Source of the DNA: an uncultured Candidatus Saccharibacteria bacterium | GTDB lineage: Bacteria; Patescibacteriota; UBA1384; XYA2-FULL-43-10; 1-14-0-10-43-13 | Reading direction: 5' to 3' | DNA: 64,000 nucleotides | Assembly (NCBI GenBank): GCA_964628585.1 | Contig: CAZVMH010000001.1 | Span: 210-64,209 of the forward strand | In this document: piece after piece, positions 49,484 through 60,007 of the stretch | Position numbering within the stretch: the first letter of the stretch is position 1 | Layout of the letters: each line of letters starts with the position of its first letter | Position numbers and translations under genes: made by a program | The notes under the pieces: generated by a model | The model's input: the letters and a program-made list of their open reading frames with translations, nothing else | Told to the model about the DNA's origin: nothing | The model's database searches: none

Positions 49484-50245
49484 TTAACTTTTTTTGGTTG
49501 TTATTAGCCGTAAAAAGTCATCTGTGCTTTCAATAAATTGAGGAGTTTTTGCAACCATTCCTTCGGGGGCAGTTAAGGGTATTTGGTTCTTTGTAAATAA
49601 TCGCATAGAACGAGCATGAAGTAGAGAAAAGGATAAACTGTCATTTGAGACTTGTTTATGGCCAAAAATTGAGAGTCTGTTAAACAAGCCTTTTTCCTCT
49701 GCAGATACACTGGTAATTAATATATCAAGATACTCTGGCCCAGTTTTTTTAATATTTGGAGAATAATTAGAGACCATAAAACTTTTGACCCTAGTCTGAA
49801 TAATAAAATCCTTTAACTCAAGCGTTATTTCAACGGGGTTTCTTATATCAAGTTTAATGTTGGTCAGAAAACAATTGCCGGTTGCTGTTGCACCAATCTG
49901 AAGCTCAGTGATTTTTCGAAAACGAAGTGAATCACAAGCCTTTTGCCAATTACTTGTTCCAATCAATGAAGAGAGTTCAGAGGAAGTTTCTAGAGGAATT
50001 ATGCCCATTGCCTCTTTCTTGCCAACCAAACGACTTGCGACAGCGTTAGCTATTTCGTCACCACCAATTGCCACAATAGTTGTATATTGTTTGGAAAGAC
50101 CCAAATCAACTAACTCTTTTACTGTCTGGGCGCCAGAAGGATAGGTATATTCCCCGGAAATACCTAAATCATTTAAGTAGTTTTTTATGCTTTCGACTTG
50201 AGTTCGTTTTCGGCATTTCTTTATGTCAAATATATAATAGTACAT
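49484..50245 (-). CDS. Diacylglycerol kinase catalytic-domain family protein
   Basis: TIVAIGGDE, MGIIPL; degenerate relative to canonical GGDGT. Confidence 0.75.
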   Translation of the reverse strand: MYYYIFDIKKCRKRTQVESIKNYLNDLGISGEYTYPSGAQTVKELVDLGLSKQYTTIVAIGGDEIANAVASRLVGKKEAMGIIPLETSSELSSLIGTSNWQKACDSLRFRKITELQIGATATGNCFLTNIKLDIRNPVEITLELKDFIIQTRVKSFMVSNYSPNIKKTGPEYLDILITSVSAEEKGLFNRLSIFGHKQVSNDSLSFSLLHARSMRLFTKNQIPLTAPEGMVAKTPQFIESTDDFLRLITTKKS

Positions 50246-50376
50246 ATTAAAAATTTATAATTTAAGCCAAGGGCTCCCCTTTGGGGCAATTTACAAAAAA
50301 ATCTGCATATCCGCTGTCTGCCACCTGTCCGCAGATGCTAAAGCATCAGCTTTTTCAGGCGGGTCCTTTTCTAGAT

Positions 50377-50817
50377 TTATTTCTTAAAAAATCCGAACTT
50401 ATCGTCATTAGCTGGCTTTTCTTCTTCAATGTCAGCTTTTTCCTCAATTTTTTTGTCTTCAGTAGGGGGAGCAACTTCTGTTTTCATTTCTCCCTCCTGC
50501 GGCATGATACTCTTGCCAACAAACTTAGCGCCTTGCTTAATTATTAAGCTTTTTGCATTAATGTCCCCAACAACTTTTCCTGTTGGATTTATTTCAAGTT
50601 TATCTGTAGCCTCTACGATACCCTTGACCGTGCCGGAGATCTCGATAGTTTTTGCTGTAACTGGTCCTTTTACCATAGCTGTTTCGCCAATGTTAACATT
50701 TTCATCACTTTTAACCTCACCTTCAATGTTTCCATTGATCTGGATAGAGCCTTTGTTTTTTAAATTTCCCTTAAGGACCACGTTTAGCCCAATAATAGTG
50801 TCCACATTGTTCTCCAT
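50377..50817 (-). CDS. Bactofilin (polymer-forming cytoskeletal protein)
   Basis: TIIG..LKGNL..IQINGNIEGEV..GKVVGDI..GAKFVG; AAGGAG SD before ATG 50817. Confidence 0.92.
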   Translation of the reverse strand: MENNVDTIIGLNVVLKGNLKNKGSIQINGNIEGEVKSDENVNIGETAMVKGPVTAKTIEISGTVKGIVEATDKLEINPTGKVVGDINAKSLIIKQGAKFVGKSIMPQEGEMKTEVAPPTEDKKIEEKADIEEEKPANDDKFGFFKK

Positions 50818-50829
50818 AGTTCTCCTTAT

Positions 50830-50881
50830 ACCCCGTGGAATCATGCGAAGCAGGAATTGCGACGCGGTTATTCCACTGGGT
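50830..50881. repeat. GC-rich palindromic element upstream of bactofilin
   Basis: ACCCCGTGGAAT / ATTCCACTGGGT arms with one mismatch. Confidence 0.5.
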
Positions 50882-51026
50882 GAATAAAATAATTTCTTTT
50901 CAAGCATATACTAGCAAAAGACTAATTGCCAATGCAAAGAGATAATTATGCTTGGGGTGTTGATAAATATCTGTAAATTTGCTATGCTGTGCTATAGTTT
51001 TCACAAATAAAAGATCTCAAGTCAAT

Positions 51027-53852
51027 ATGAATCGTATAAAAATAGTTGGTGCTAGAGAGCACAATTTAAAAAATATTTCTCTCGAAATTCCTCGAGATAA
51101 ATTGGTTGTTATTACGGGTCTTTCTGGTTCTGGAAAATCTTCTCTCGCTTTTGACACTATTTATGCTGAAGGACAACGTCGTTACGTTGAGTCTCTTTCT
51201 TCTTATGCAAGACAGTTTCTTGGTGTAATGGAAAAACCTGATGTTGATTACATTGAAGGCCTTTCTCCAGCTATCTCGATTGATCAAAAATCGGCTTCAA
51301 GAAATCCGCGTTCAACTGTTGGAACAGTTACCGAAATTTATGATTATCTAAGATTGTTATTTGCTAGAGCAGGAAAAATGCATTGCCCACAGTGTGGCAA
51401 AGCAGTCGAAAGACAAACCGTTGGTCAGATTGCCAACATTATCAATAATCAAAAAAAACAGACTCGTCGAATTGCTCTTCTTTCACCAGTGGTAATTGAT
51501 CAGAAAGGTGAGCACAAAGATGTTTTTGCTCGAATCTTAAAAAGTGGTTATTCTCGCGTTCGTCTCAATGGCACAATTATGGATTTAGATGAAGCTGAGA
51601 GTAAAGACCTAGACAAGCAGAAAAAGCATAATATTGATATTCTCGTCGATAGACTTATTATTGAACCGGATCAAATTGATGAGTCAAATGAAAAGAGACT
51701 TTATGATTCAATAGAGAAAGCTCTACTTTTGGCACAAGGAAAGCTAACGGTCTATGATTATGAGACAAAAACGGACATAACCTATTCTGAACTTTTTGCA
51801 TGTCCAGACTGTGGAATTTCAATGCCAGAGGTGGCTCCAAGATCATTCTCCTTTAACTCTCCTCATGGTGCCTGCGGAGTTTGCCAGGGTCTCGGTATTC
51901 GTCAAGAGTTTGATCCAAGATTAATTTTGCCAAATACAAAATTGACTATAAATGAGGGAGCAATTCGTCCATGGATGCGAAGTGCTTCAAATTACTCTTG
52001 GTATTCTACGATTTTGCAAACAGTAGCATCTAAGTTAAAAATTAATCTTGATACTCCTGTAAACAAATTATCAAAAGAAGATTTAAAAACAATTTTGTAC
52101 GGAACGGGCGAAACTTTATATATGGTTCGGGGTTATGAAACTCGGTATGAAGGTGTAATTCCAAATCTTGAGCGTCGCCATAAAGATACTGAGTCTGATT
52201 ACGTCCGGCGTGAAATTGAAAAATATATGGTTGAGAAAAAATGCCCTTCTTGTGGCGGTAAGAGATTAAAAAAAGAGGTTCTGGGTATTTTAGTAGCTGA
52301 CAAGAATATTGTTGATGTCTCCGAAATGACAGTTGAAGAAGCACATAAATTATTCAAACAATTGCCAACAAAACTTTCTAACACTCAAAATCAAATTGCC
52401 AAACAAGTGATCAAAGAAATTGTCGAACGATTATCATTTCTAATTGATGTTGGTCTTTCATACCTGAGCATAAATAGAAATTCAGCAACACTGGCTGGTG
52501 GTGAAGCACAGAGAATTCGTTTGGCGACTCAAATTGGTTCTGGTCTAACCGGTGTTCTCTATATTCTGGATGAGCCATCTATTGGTTTGCACCAACGTGA
52601 TAACGATCGGCTACTTGTAACTCTAAAAAGACTTCGTGATCTGGGTAATACCGTAATTGTGGTTGAACATGACCAAGAAACAATGCATTCGGCAGATTGG
52701 CTCATAGATATTGGACCAGGTGCGGGGGAACATGGTGGTCAAATCATATTTAATGGCAAGCCAGAAGAAATTACAAAGAATAAAGAATCTGTTACGGGAA
52801 TGTACTTAAGCGGTAAAAAGAAAATAAAGATTCCAAATTTACGCAGAACGGGAAATGGCAATTTTCTAAATATTACTGGCGCAAAAGAGAACAATCTAAA
52901 AGATATAAGCGCTAGCATTCCACTCAATACTTTTACCTGTGTTACCGGCGTTTCTGGTTCTGGTAAATCAACTTTAATTAACGACATTTTAGCTAAGCGT
53001 CTTGCTCAAAAATTTTATAGAGCAAAAGATGAACCAGGTGAACATAAAGAAATAATCGGTTTCGAACATATTGATAAAGTAATCAACATTGATCAATCTC
53101 CAATCGGCAAATCTCCACGATCAAACACAGCTACTTATACGGGAGCTTTTACTACCATCCGTGAACTTTTTGCTTCAACCGCTGAAGCAAAAATGCGTGG
53201 CTATAAAGCCGGCCGATTTTCTTTTAATGTAAAAGGTGGCCGATGTGAAAAGTGTCGAGGTGATGGTGTGCTTAAAATTGAAATGCACTTTTTGCCCGAT
53301 GTCTATATTACTTGTGAAGAGTGTAAAGGCAAAAGATACAACAATGAAGCACTTGAAGTTTTATATAAAGACAAAAATATCTCAGATGTTTTAAATATGA
53401 CCGTTGAGGAAGCAACTGCTTTTTTCAAGAACATCCCGCATATCCATTCGAAGTTAAGCGTTTTGGTCGGCGTTGGTCTTGGCTACATTCGTCTTGGTCA
53501 GCCAGCCACTACTCTTTCTGGTGGTGAGGCACAGAGAATAAAACTTGCGAGTGAACTTTCCCGCCGTGGTACTGGCAAAACACTTTATATTCTTGATGAA
53601 CCAACAACTGGTCTTCATTTTGATGATGTAAAAAGATTGCTTTCTGTACTATCGGCCCTTGTCGATAAAGGTAATACAGTTATTGTGATAGAACATAACC
53701 TCGACGTAATCAAGTCAGCAGACTACATTATTGATCTTGGTCCTGAGGGCGGCAACAAGGGCGGAGAAATTATCGCGACAGGAACTCCAGAAGAAGTATC
53801 AAGAGTAGAAAAATCATATACGGGTAAATATCTGAAAAAGATGCTCAAGTAA
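51027..53852 (+). CDS. uvrA: Excinuclease ABC subunit A
   Basis: [24 protein letters not shown], two ABC modules, Zn fingers. Confidence 0.98.
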   Translation: MNRIKIVGAREHNLKNISLEIPRDKLVVITGLSGSGKSSLAFDTIYAEGQRRYVESLSSYARQFLGVMEKPDVDYIEGLSPAISIDQKSASRNPRSTVGTVTEIYDYLRLLFARAGKMHCPQCGKAVERQTVGQIANIINNQKKQTRRIALLSPVVIDQKGEHKDVFARILKSGYSRVRLNGTIMDLDEAESKDLDKQKKHNIDILVDRLIIEPDQIDESNEKRLYDSIEKALLLAQGKLTVYDYETKTDITYSELFACPDCGISMPEVAPRSFSFNSPHGACGVCQGLGIRQEFDPRLILPNTKLTINEGAIRPWMRSASNYSWYSTILQTVASKLKINLDTPVNKLSKEDLKTILYGTGETLYMVRGYETRYEGVIPNLERRHKDTESDYVRREIEKYMVEKKCPSCGGKRLKKEVLGILVADKNIVDVSEMTVEEAHKLFKQLPTKLSNTQNQIAKQVIKEIVERLSFLIDVGLSYLSINRNSATLAGGEAQRIRLATQIGSGLTGVLYILDEPSIGLHQRDNDRLLVTLKRLRDLGNTVIVVEHDQETMHSADWLIDIGPGAGEHGGQIIFNGKPEEITKNKESVTGMYLSGKKKIKIPNLRRTGNGNFLNITGAKENNLKDISASIPLNTFTCVTGVSGSGKSTLINDILAKRLAQKFYRAKDEPGEHKEIIGFEHIDKVINIDQSPIGKSPRSNTATYTGAFTTIRELFASTAEAKMRGYKAGRFSFNVKGGRCEKCRGDGVLKIEMHFLPDVYITCEECKGKRYNNEALEVLYKDKNISDVLNMTVEEATAFFKNIPHIHSKLSVLVGVGLGYIRLGQPATTLSGGEAQRIKLASELSRRGTGKTLYILDEPTTGLHFDDVKRLLSVLSALVDKGNTVIVIEHNLDVIKSADYIIDLGPEGGNKGGEIIATGTPEEVSRVEKSYTGKYLKKMLK

Positions 53853-53873
53853 ATAACAAATAATATTATATAC

Positions 53874-53909
53874 GAAAAAGAGCTCCGCCAAATGGCAGGG
53901 CTCTTTTTC
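53874..53909. terminator. Bidirectional terminator (uvrA/rnpB)
   Basis: GAAAAAGAGC..GCTCTTTTTC. Confidence 0.7.
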
Positions 53910-53929
53910 TGGTTCTAAATTTTTGCCGC

Positions 53930-54261
53930 AAAGCAATCAATAAGCCGAATTCTGTCCACAAAGTGGTATGACTATCTATCTAAGCGTGAAGACCTTTTGA
54001 GTATTCCGAGCAGGATAAACTCATTTGGTCCACTTCACTTGCACCAGGCGAGGCTTGCCACAGACGCATGTCGCCATGCGAACGCGTGAGTTCTTACCTC
54101 ACGTTTTCACCCTTACCCGGCCCTTTATGGGAAAGGGCTGGGCGGTTTATTTTCTGTTGCGCTGTTCTCGAATCTCACAACCCGCTCATTTTCACGAGCG
54201 CCTTTGCTCTATGGTGTCCGGACTTTCCTCCCCCAAAGGGGGCAGTCATATTTCATGCTTT
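53930..54261 (-). ncRNA. rnpB: RNase P RNA
   Basis: Reverse complement has GAGGAAAGTCCGG near the 5' end, GCAACAGAAA and GGGTGAAA internally, ACAGAATTCGGCTTA near the 3' end; ends pair (AAAGCA/TGCTTT). Confidence 0.95.
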
Positions 54262-54272
54262 TAAGCATCATT

Positions 54273-54301
54273 ATTATATATATATTGGCAATATCTGTCA
54301 A
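54273..54301 (-). promoter_or_regulatory. Consensus promoter of rnpB
   Basis: TTGACA-17 bp-TATAAT on the minus strand. Confidence 0.85.
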
Positions 54302-54341
54302 TAGCGATAAAAAAAAGACCAACAATTGGCCTTCTTTTCAT

Positions 54342-54415
54342 TGGTTCGGGGACAGGGATTCGAACCCCGATTGGCTGGACCAAAACCAGCTGTCCTACCA
54401 TTAGACGATCCCCGA
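54342..54415 (-). tRNA. tRNA-Gln(TTG)
   Basis: TCGGGGATCGTCTAATGGTAGGACAGCTGGTTTTGGTCCAGC...GGTTCGAATCC..TCCCCGAACCA. Confidence 0.96.
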
Positions 54416-54483
54416 ATATGCTAAAACTATACTATATCTAGCGTATTTTTTCAATCAACGAAGATAATTGTCGATGAAAAGTG

Positions 54484-54519
54484 AAAGCCCCACTCCGATA
54501 AGTCATCGGGGCGGGGCTT
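54484..54519. terminator. Hairpin downstream of the aminotransferase
   Basis: AAGCCCC..CCGAT / ATCGG..GGGGCTT. Confidence 0.55.
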
Positions 54520-54552
54520 ACGGTTCTGTGTCTGTTTTTGTAGCTCTTTTGG

Positions 54553-55686
54553 CTACTTTACGAGAGTTTGTTTGGCTTCGATCATGCCCTTAAGCGCAAC
54601 CTTAAGCTTGTCAGTCGGCAGGGCATAGGAAATACGCACAAAGCAATCCTTCTCCGTGAATACTCCGCCAGAGGGGACAACTAGCACATTCTGCTTCAAA
54701 CAGGCTTCCGCAAACTCTTTTCCAGTCACAACTGGTGGTGCTTGCACAAAAGCGTAAAATGCCCCCTCGGGCTTAGGCAAGGCGAAGTGAGGGCGAAGAG
54801 TCTTCCAGACCAGATCGCGGCGTTCCCTGAAAATCTGCTTGCGCCGTGAGAGATCTTCCTCGGTCTCGTCCCAGCTTTTCAGGACTGCCCATTGGGCGAC
54901 AGTATTGGCACACACATAAGTGTACATCTGTGCCTTGGCCATTGCTTCAATTACCCACTTGGGACCGACAGCATACCCGATCCTTGAGCCGGTTAAAGAG
55001 TAGTTTTTGGCCCAACCATTGAGGACGATGAGATTCTCTACTAGACCGTAGAAATTCGGTATCTCAACGTCATAAGAGAGGCAGTCATAGATCTCGTCAG
55101 AGATGACGAGTATACCGTACTTATTGGCGATCTGTGCAATATCCTCGATCTCTCCCTGAGAATAGACTCTCCCTGTTGGATTATTGGGGCTATTGACGAA
55201 GATTGCCACTGCCCCGCCCGCGACAGCTCTCTCAACTGCCCCAAAGTCAACATGGAAGTCGGGTGCCATTGGAATGATGAGAGGCGTTGCCCCGACATAG
55301 CAGAGTTGGCTCTTGTACATGGGGAAGTACGGTTCCAGCACAACCACACTCTGTCCCCGCTCAAACAGAACTCGGCAGAGAAGATCTATTGCACCAGATA
55401 CCCCTGCCGTAACGATTGAACTCTCGGCGAAGTCGTATCCCCTGTACTTCTCAAGGATCTTCACCCTTAACTCGGAAAAGCCTTCTGTTGGGGTGTACCT
55501 TGTAATATTCTCGCCGATTCCGTTTCTCATCCAGAACTTCACAATGTCTGGAATCGGCAAATCAGGATCGCCGATTGCCAAGGAAATAATACCGGGAATC
55601 GAAGATGCTTTGCTTAGAGCATCTCTGATCCCAGACGACTCAATCTCTCCAATGGCACTGTTTAGACAGGCCCTGCATGTTCCCAT
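54553..55686 (-). CDS. PLP-dependent aminotransferase class I/II
   Basis: NSPNNPTG, SDEIYD, AKNYSLTGSRIG, PEGAFY, VRISYA; AGGAGG SD. Confidence 0.93.
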   Translation of the reverse strand: MGTCRACLNSAIGEIESSGIRDALSKASSIPGIISLAIGDPDLPIPDIVKFWMRNGIGENITRYTPTEGFSELRVKILEKYRGYDFAESSIVTAGVSGAIDLLCRVLFERGQSVVVLEPYFPMYKSQLCYVGATPLIIPMAPDFHVDFGAVERAVAGGAVAIFVNSPNNPTGRVYSQGEIEDIAQIANKYGILVISDEIYDCLSYDVEIPNFYGLVENLIVLNGWAKNYSLTGSRIGYAVGPKWVIEAMAKAQMYTYVCANTVAQWAVLKSWDETEEDLSRRKQIFRERRDLVWKTLRPHFALPKPEGAFYAFVQAPPVVTGKEFAEACLKQNVLVVPSGGVFTEKDCFVRISYALPTDKLKVALKGMIEAKQTLVK

Positions 55687-55826
55687 TCCGACTTCCTCCT
55701 AGATGTTGAGTTTCTGTCCCAAGACTAACTCCCCTGCGGGGAAAGGGTCCCTTTGGGGCTATCAGTACAATATCATAATTTATCATATTATCAAGACTTT
55801 ATTATTAGTGATTTTTAAAAATGTAA

Positions 55827-55858
55827 AAGGTCGTGACTCACAAGTGATTCACGACCTT
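55827..55858. terminator. Hairpin downstream of hypothetical gene
   Basis: AAGGTCGTGA / TCACGACCTT. Confidence 0.6.
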
Positions 55859-55878
55859 AGGTTTAGTATTCAGTTCAG

Positions 55879-56796
55879 TCAGCTCTGGAGCTCTTGCTCC
55901 AGCTCGGCAATCTCTTGGTTGATCTGAGAGATAACCAGTTCAAGATCGTCAACACGCTTCTGTGCTCGTTCACGATCACGCACATTCGCAATCAGAAGTC
56001 TGCGTTTATTTTCGAGGCTTCTTTCGGCTTGTGCTCTTGCTTCAATGAGCTCCCTTTTCAGGAAATCGTCTCGTGTTTCGAGGAACAGGTCTGTTGGTAA
56101 GAAGTGGTCATACTCACCCCCACTGAGCACAGGGACGAGATATCCCCTTATCACGAGCTCATCAAACAAACCGATGGTAACCGCCTTGACGGCTCTTACC
56201 AACATAGCATATTTCGCCATTCCTTTTCCTATTGCCTCGATCGTAATCCTGTCTGACCCCTCTTCCATTACCGTAGCACAGAAACCTCCGATGGCTTCTC
56301 TCTTGAAGAACGTCTTACAGGCAGAGTTGATTTCTCGTTTGATCTGCCCAAAATCACTTCGAACGAGAGGTTCAATATCGGAGGGAGCGCTCTTGAGCAA
56401 GCTTCTTCTCTTCTCCTCTGTCTGTGCTGTCAGCTCCAAGAAATTGGCGGTGACAGGGTTCACTTTAGCAAAGAGTTTGCTTGCCTGCTCAACAGTTGGA
56501 CAGATGAGTTCGCCAACCCAGTACCCCTGATCGTCCTTGATTCGGATTGCCAATCCTTTGTTGTTGTGCACGAGAATGTGGCACAACTTCACATCGTAAC
56601 TCAAGTTCTTGCCAACTTTTGGTCCGATGCGGAGCTGGTAGTTCATTGATACTTCTGGTTGAGGGTCAAGAGCCTCCAAGTATTCCGAAACTAGGTCAGC
56701 CAGCTTCAGTAAATCAGGCTTAGCACTGTGCTTTCCGCTCTGGGTGGTGGCAAGAACAGAGTGGCCGGAAGATTCATGTAGCACATTAATACCCAA
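55879..56796 (-). CDS. Hypothetical protein with C-terminal coiled coil
   Basis: Long ORF, GC-richer; TTGACT-17-TATAAT promoter near 56862-56889; TTG start uncertain. Confidence 0.65.
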   Translation of the reverse strand: MGINVLHESSGHSVLATTQSGKHSAKPDLLKLADLVSEYLEALDPQPEVSMNYQLRIGPKVGKNLSYDVKLCHILVHNNKGLAIRIKDDQGYWVGELICPTVEQASKLFAKVNPVTANFLELTAQTEEKRRSLLKSAPSDIEPLVRSDFGQIKREINSACKTFFKREAIGGFCATVMEEGSDRITIEAIGKGMAKYAMLVRAVKAVTIGLFDELVIRGYLVPVLSGGEYDHFLPTDLFLETRDDFLKRELIEARAQAERSLENKRRLLIANVRDRERAQKRVDDLELVISQINQEIAELEQELQS

Positions 56797-56978
56797 TCGT
56801 TTCCACTTCCTTTCTCCAAGACAGATTCTGCAAAAAGTAGAATTCTTTTGGCAGTAGCACAATTATACTATAATTATGTAAAAAGTCAACCTTAATTAAT
56901 CTAATGCTTATCAACAATTTGTTTTAAATATTATTGTGTTACAATGGGATTACAATAAATATTAACTTAGGAGTCGGG

Positions 56979-57137
56979 ATGACAAAAAGTGTTTTATCGG
57001 TCATTGGTATCCTCTTGGTGCTAATGGGTGTGGCTGGGTTTACTGCTAAATGGCTAGATCAACCAGCTTGGTATTCAATAGTTCAAATCATTATCGGTGC
57101 GATTGCCATAGTTACGGCTGTTGGTAAAAAAAACTAG
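56979..57137 (+). CDS. Small two-TM membrane protein
   Basis: AGGAG SD; two hydrophobic helices. Confidence 0.65.
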   Translation: MTKSVLSVIGILLVLMGVAGFTAKWLDQPAWYSIVQIIIGAIAIVTAVGKKN

Positions 57138-57206
57138 ATTTCTTATAATTTATTTACTATATTTATGCTATAGCTCAATGTAGCATGTCTTTTTTTACGT
57201 ATAATA

Positions 57207-57398
57207 ATGAGATGGTTTTGGGGATTTTTCTTCATAATCATTGGAGTTTTTGTCTTGGGAATCAATTTTGACTGGTGGAGTGCGATAAATATTAATGATG
57301 TTTTAATTTTCTGGCCAGTTCTCTTAATTCTTTTTGGAATTGCTATAGTGGCTCGAAACTGGTGTTTCATCGTTAAAAATAACCAGAGATTAATCTAG
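57207..57398 (+). CDS. LiaF/DUF5668-like transmembrane fragment, possibly truncated
   Basis: FWGFFFIIIGVFVL..FWPVLLILFGI motif. Confidence 0.6.
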   Translation: MRWFWGFFFIIIGVFVLGINFDWWSAININDVLIFWPVLLILFGIAIVARNWCFIVKNNQRLI

Positions 57399-57453
57399 CA
57401 GTCTTGTTTGCAGGTTCATAAAGTTCATAAAGAAAAATTGAATTAGAGGGATT

Positions 57454-57924
57454 ATGACTAAAAAGAAAACCTGGATCGAAAAATTGCACGACAGCAAAGA
57501 CTTGCCGAAAGTTGTGAAACTTAAAAAAGAATCGGTAGAGCATTGGCATGGGGAAAATATGGTAGTGCCCTCTCCACTTGAAGTTAACAACATAATGCGC
57601 AAAGTGCCAAAAGGAAAATTAATTACTATAAATGAACTTAGGCAAGCTTTGGCCAAAAAATTCAAAACCGATATTGCTTGTCCTTTGACTTCTGGTATAT
57701 TTTCCTGGATCGCGGCTCATGCCGCAGAAGAGGAGAGGGTAATCGGCAAAAAAGACATTACTCCATATTGGAGGACTTTAAAAAGTGGAGGAGAGTTAAA
57801 TCCAAAATATCCTGGAGGGATAGACCAGCAAAAAACCTTTCTCGAAGATGAGGGTCACAAAGTTATTCAAAAATGCAAAAAGTATGTTATAGAGGATTAT
57901 AAAGAAAAATTAGCTAAGATATAA
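57454..57924 (+). CDS. MGMT/alkyltransferase-like DNA-binding family protein
   Basis: VPKGKLIT, ACPLTSG, TPYWRTLK, QKTFLEDEG. Confidence 0.8.
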   Translation: MTKKKTWIEKLHDSKDLPKVVKLKKESVEHWHGENMVVPSPLEVNNIMRKVPKGKLITINELRQALAKKFKTDIACPLTSGIFSWIAAHAAEEERVIGKKDITPYWRTLKSGGELNPKYPGGIDQQKTFLEDEGHKVIQKCKKYVIEDYKEKLAKI

Positions 57925-58011
57925 TATACAAGCAGGGTTGAAATTTATTTTAAATAGTGATTAAATTTAAGAGTAAATTCAACTCTGCTTTTGCTTGTGG
58001 AGGCATTCGCG

Positions 58012-58407
58012 ATGTTTATGCGACAATTCCCAGCAACGGAATGCAGAAAATCGGTTCCCCTCATACTTGAGAGGGTAGGAGTTCACCCCGAAGTCGCAGA
58101 AAGGGTAGAACATTGTGTTGGAGAAGTCAGCAATAACTGCCGGCTTCATGGGGGAGAAGATGTTGTAAACCTGGGGATTCAGGCCGATGAACACGGCGTG
58201 TTTGTAGTGGTCGATTCACCAAGTCACATTGACTATCGTGACAGTATAATGGTGGCTATCTGCAACGCGACAGAAAAAAATCTTAGATGTGAGATAGATA
58301 AACCCAATAGGCACATCTCAAGAGGTCTTTTCATGGTTTGTTATTATGCCGACAGGGTCGAGCTAACCCCCGATGGGAAGCTGATCATGGCATTTGGGCC
58401 TGTCTAG
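58012..58407 (+). CDS. HATPase_c protein (RsbW/anti-sigma-like)
   Basis: GEVSNNCRLHG (N box), VVVDS, SRGLFMVCYYADRV (G box); GGAGG SD. Confidence 0.65.
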   Translation: MFMRQFPATECRKSVPLILERVGVHPEVAERVEHCVGEVSNNCRLHGGEDVVNLGIQADEHGVFVVVDSPSHIDYRDSIMVAICNATEKNLRCEIDKPNRHISRGLFMVCYYADRVELTPDGKLIMAFGPV

Positions 58408-58423
58408 GTTCCTTACCGACAGC

Positions 58424-58447
58424 GTGCGGGCGATGATTCGCCCGCAC
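58424..58447 (+). terminator. Intrinsic terminator
   Basis: GTGCGGGCGA / TCGCCCGCAC followed by a T-rich run. Confidence 0.75.
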
Positions 58448-58512
58448 CTTTCTTTTTATTATCCAACAAAATTGATATACTAGTTCGGTAATATTACAAT
58501 AATAGGAAATTT

Positions 58513-59133
58513 ATGAAAAAGTTGTTTTTTGACATTGAGACATTGCCTGCGCCTGGTGATAAAGTTGATCTGATAAAGAGTTTTTGGGAAGAATCACGCA
58601 AGAAAAATGGAAACAAGGAGCTAAGGGGTCTAAATGATTTTGATACCTTCTTTCGTAACACTTCATTTCAGGGTGAATTTGGTCGAATCTTCTGCATTGG
58701 CTATGCCATTGATGACAAACCATCTGAGTGCCTCTTTGGTGACGAAAAAGAGATCCTCCAAAAGTTTTGGGGTATTGCCAAAGACTGCGACCTCTTTATT
58801 GGTCACAACGTAATGGAGTTTGATTTTCGATTTATTTACAAAAGATCAATTATCCTTGGAGTCCAACCCTCAAAGGATTTGAATTTTGCTCGGTACAGAA
58901 ATAATCCAATATTTGACACAATGAAAGAGTGGGAAAAATGGGGAGCACAGGGCACCAGTTTGCACAAGCTCAGCATTGCACTAGACCTGGCTTCGCCAAA
59001 AGAAGAGGGGATTGACGGTTCAAAAGTCTACGACTATTTCTTAGCTGGTAAAGGTGATGAAATCTGCGAGTACTGCAAAAGAGACGTCGACGCAACGAGG
59101 CGTGTTTATAAAAAAATGATATTTGAGAAATAG
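58513..59133 (+). CDS. DEDDy 3'-5' exonuclease (PolB-exonuclease-like, RNase H fold)
   Basis: FFDIET, GHNVMEFDFRFI, YCKRDV. Confidence 0.9.
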   Translation: MKKLFFDIETLPAPGDKVDLIKSFWEESRKKNGNKELRGLNDFDTFFRNTSFQGEFGRIFCIGYAIDDKPSECLFGDEKEILQKFWGIAKDCDLFIGHNVMEFDFRFIYKRSIILGVQPSKDLNFARYRNNPIFDTMKEWEKWGAQGTSLHKLSIALDLASPKEEGIDGSKVYDYFLAGKGDEICEYCKRDVDATRRVYKKMIFEK

Positions 59134-59134
59134 T

Positions 59135-60007
59135 TTACTTGGTGACCGGTGGCAGTGTTGTTTCTGGTTTTTTATCGAGGTTCATTTTCTCAACATCAGA
59201 TTTTCTCTGGCGAGATACAATAAATAGTACTATCGAAATAATAAGTAATATTATAGTTGTAGTAATATAAAAAGCTTTTTGATATGTCCAAATAATGGCG
59301 ATTATTTTGCCACCGGCAATAATAAAACGATCATCTTCTAAGCCAAAACTTTTAGCAATTTTTTGAAAAAAATCGGTGCCTCCAGCGAGGAAAAAAATTA
59401 AAACTTCAACCAAGGTAGCAATCGCTGGCAAAAGAAAAGAAAACCCAAGCCACTTAAGCTTCTGTGACCAACTTCCGCCCAGAAGCATAAGAACAGTAAA
59501 CAAAACTATTAACCCTCCAAATATTAGTAGCAATCTTTTAATATTTGAGACAATCGAAATGAGTGAGTTACCCGATAAATCGATCTGTTTGTCGGTCAGA
59601 TATTGTTTTACTTGAGGGTCAGACATAATATCAACATTATTAGCCCCAGAAAGAGCACTAATTTTCTGACCAATCATTGAATAGGGGATAGTAATCTTCC
59701 TCTCTGCTTTTGGCTTTCCCGCCATTGTGAAAAATTGATCTATTATATTATTTAAAAATTGTTTAACTGTAGCTTCATCTATAGCGTCTCCAGCGAATTG
59801 AAGAACCGCATCTTTATTTCCCTCTTCAACGCCCAAAGCCAGATTATCTCGCAAGCCTATGGCAATGGCAGAATAAGCCTTACTCTCCTCAAGAAACTTT
59901 TTTGTAAAATCTGAAGTTGAAAAATAGGCATTAATATTCAAAAGCGCAATAAACACAAAAATTAATGATGAGAGTATTAAGAACAGAACAAATTTTAAAA
60001 ACTTCAT
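59135..60007 (-). CDS. Hypothetical membrane protein
   Basis: 1+3 TM segments with a large loop; 4-nt overlap with the kinase stop. Confidence 0.75.
   Translation of the reverse strand: MKFLKFVLFLILSSLIFVFIALLNINAYFSTSDFTKKFLEESKAYSAIAIGLRDNLALGVEEGNKDAVLQFAGDAIDEATVKQFLNNIIDQFFTMAGKPKAERKITIPYSMIGQKISALSGANNVDIMSDPQVKQYLTDKQIDLSGNSLISIVSNIKRLLLIFGGLIVLFTVLMLLGGSWSQKLKWLGFSFLLPAIATLVEVLIFFLAGGTDFFQKIAKSFGLEDDRFIIAGGKIIAIIWTYQKAFYITTTIILLIISIVLFIVSRQRKSDVEKMNLDKKPETTLPPVTK

Noticed and set aside
50818-50907. N-terminal extension of bactofilin
   Set aside because: It reads through a palindromic element; the SD supports ATG 50817
54025-54404. Short plus-strand ORFs
   Set aside because: They lie antisense to RNase P RNA and tRNA-Gln
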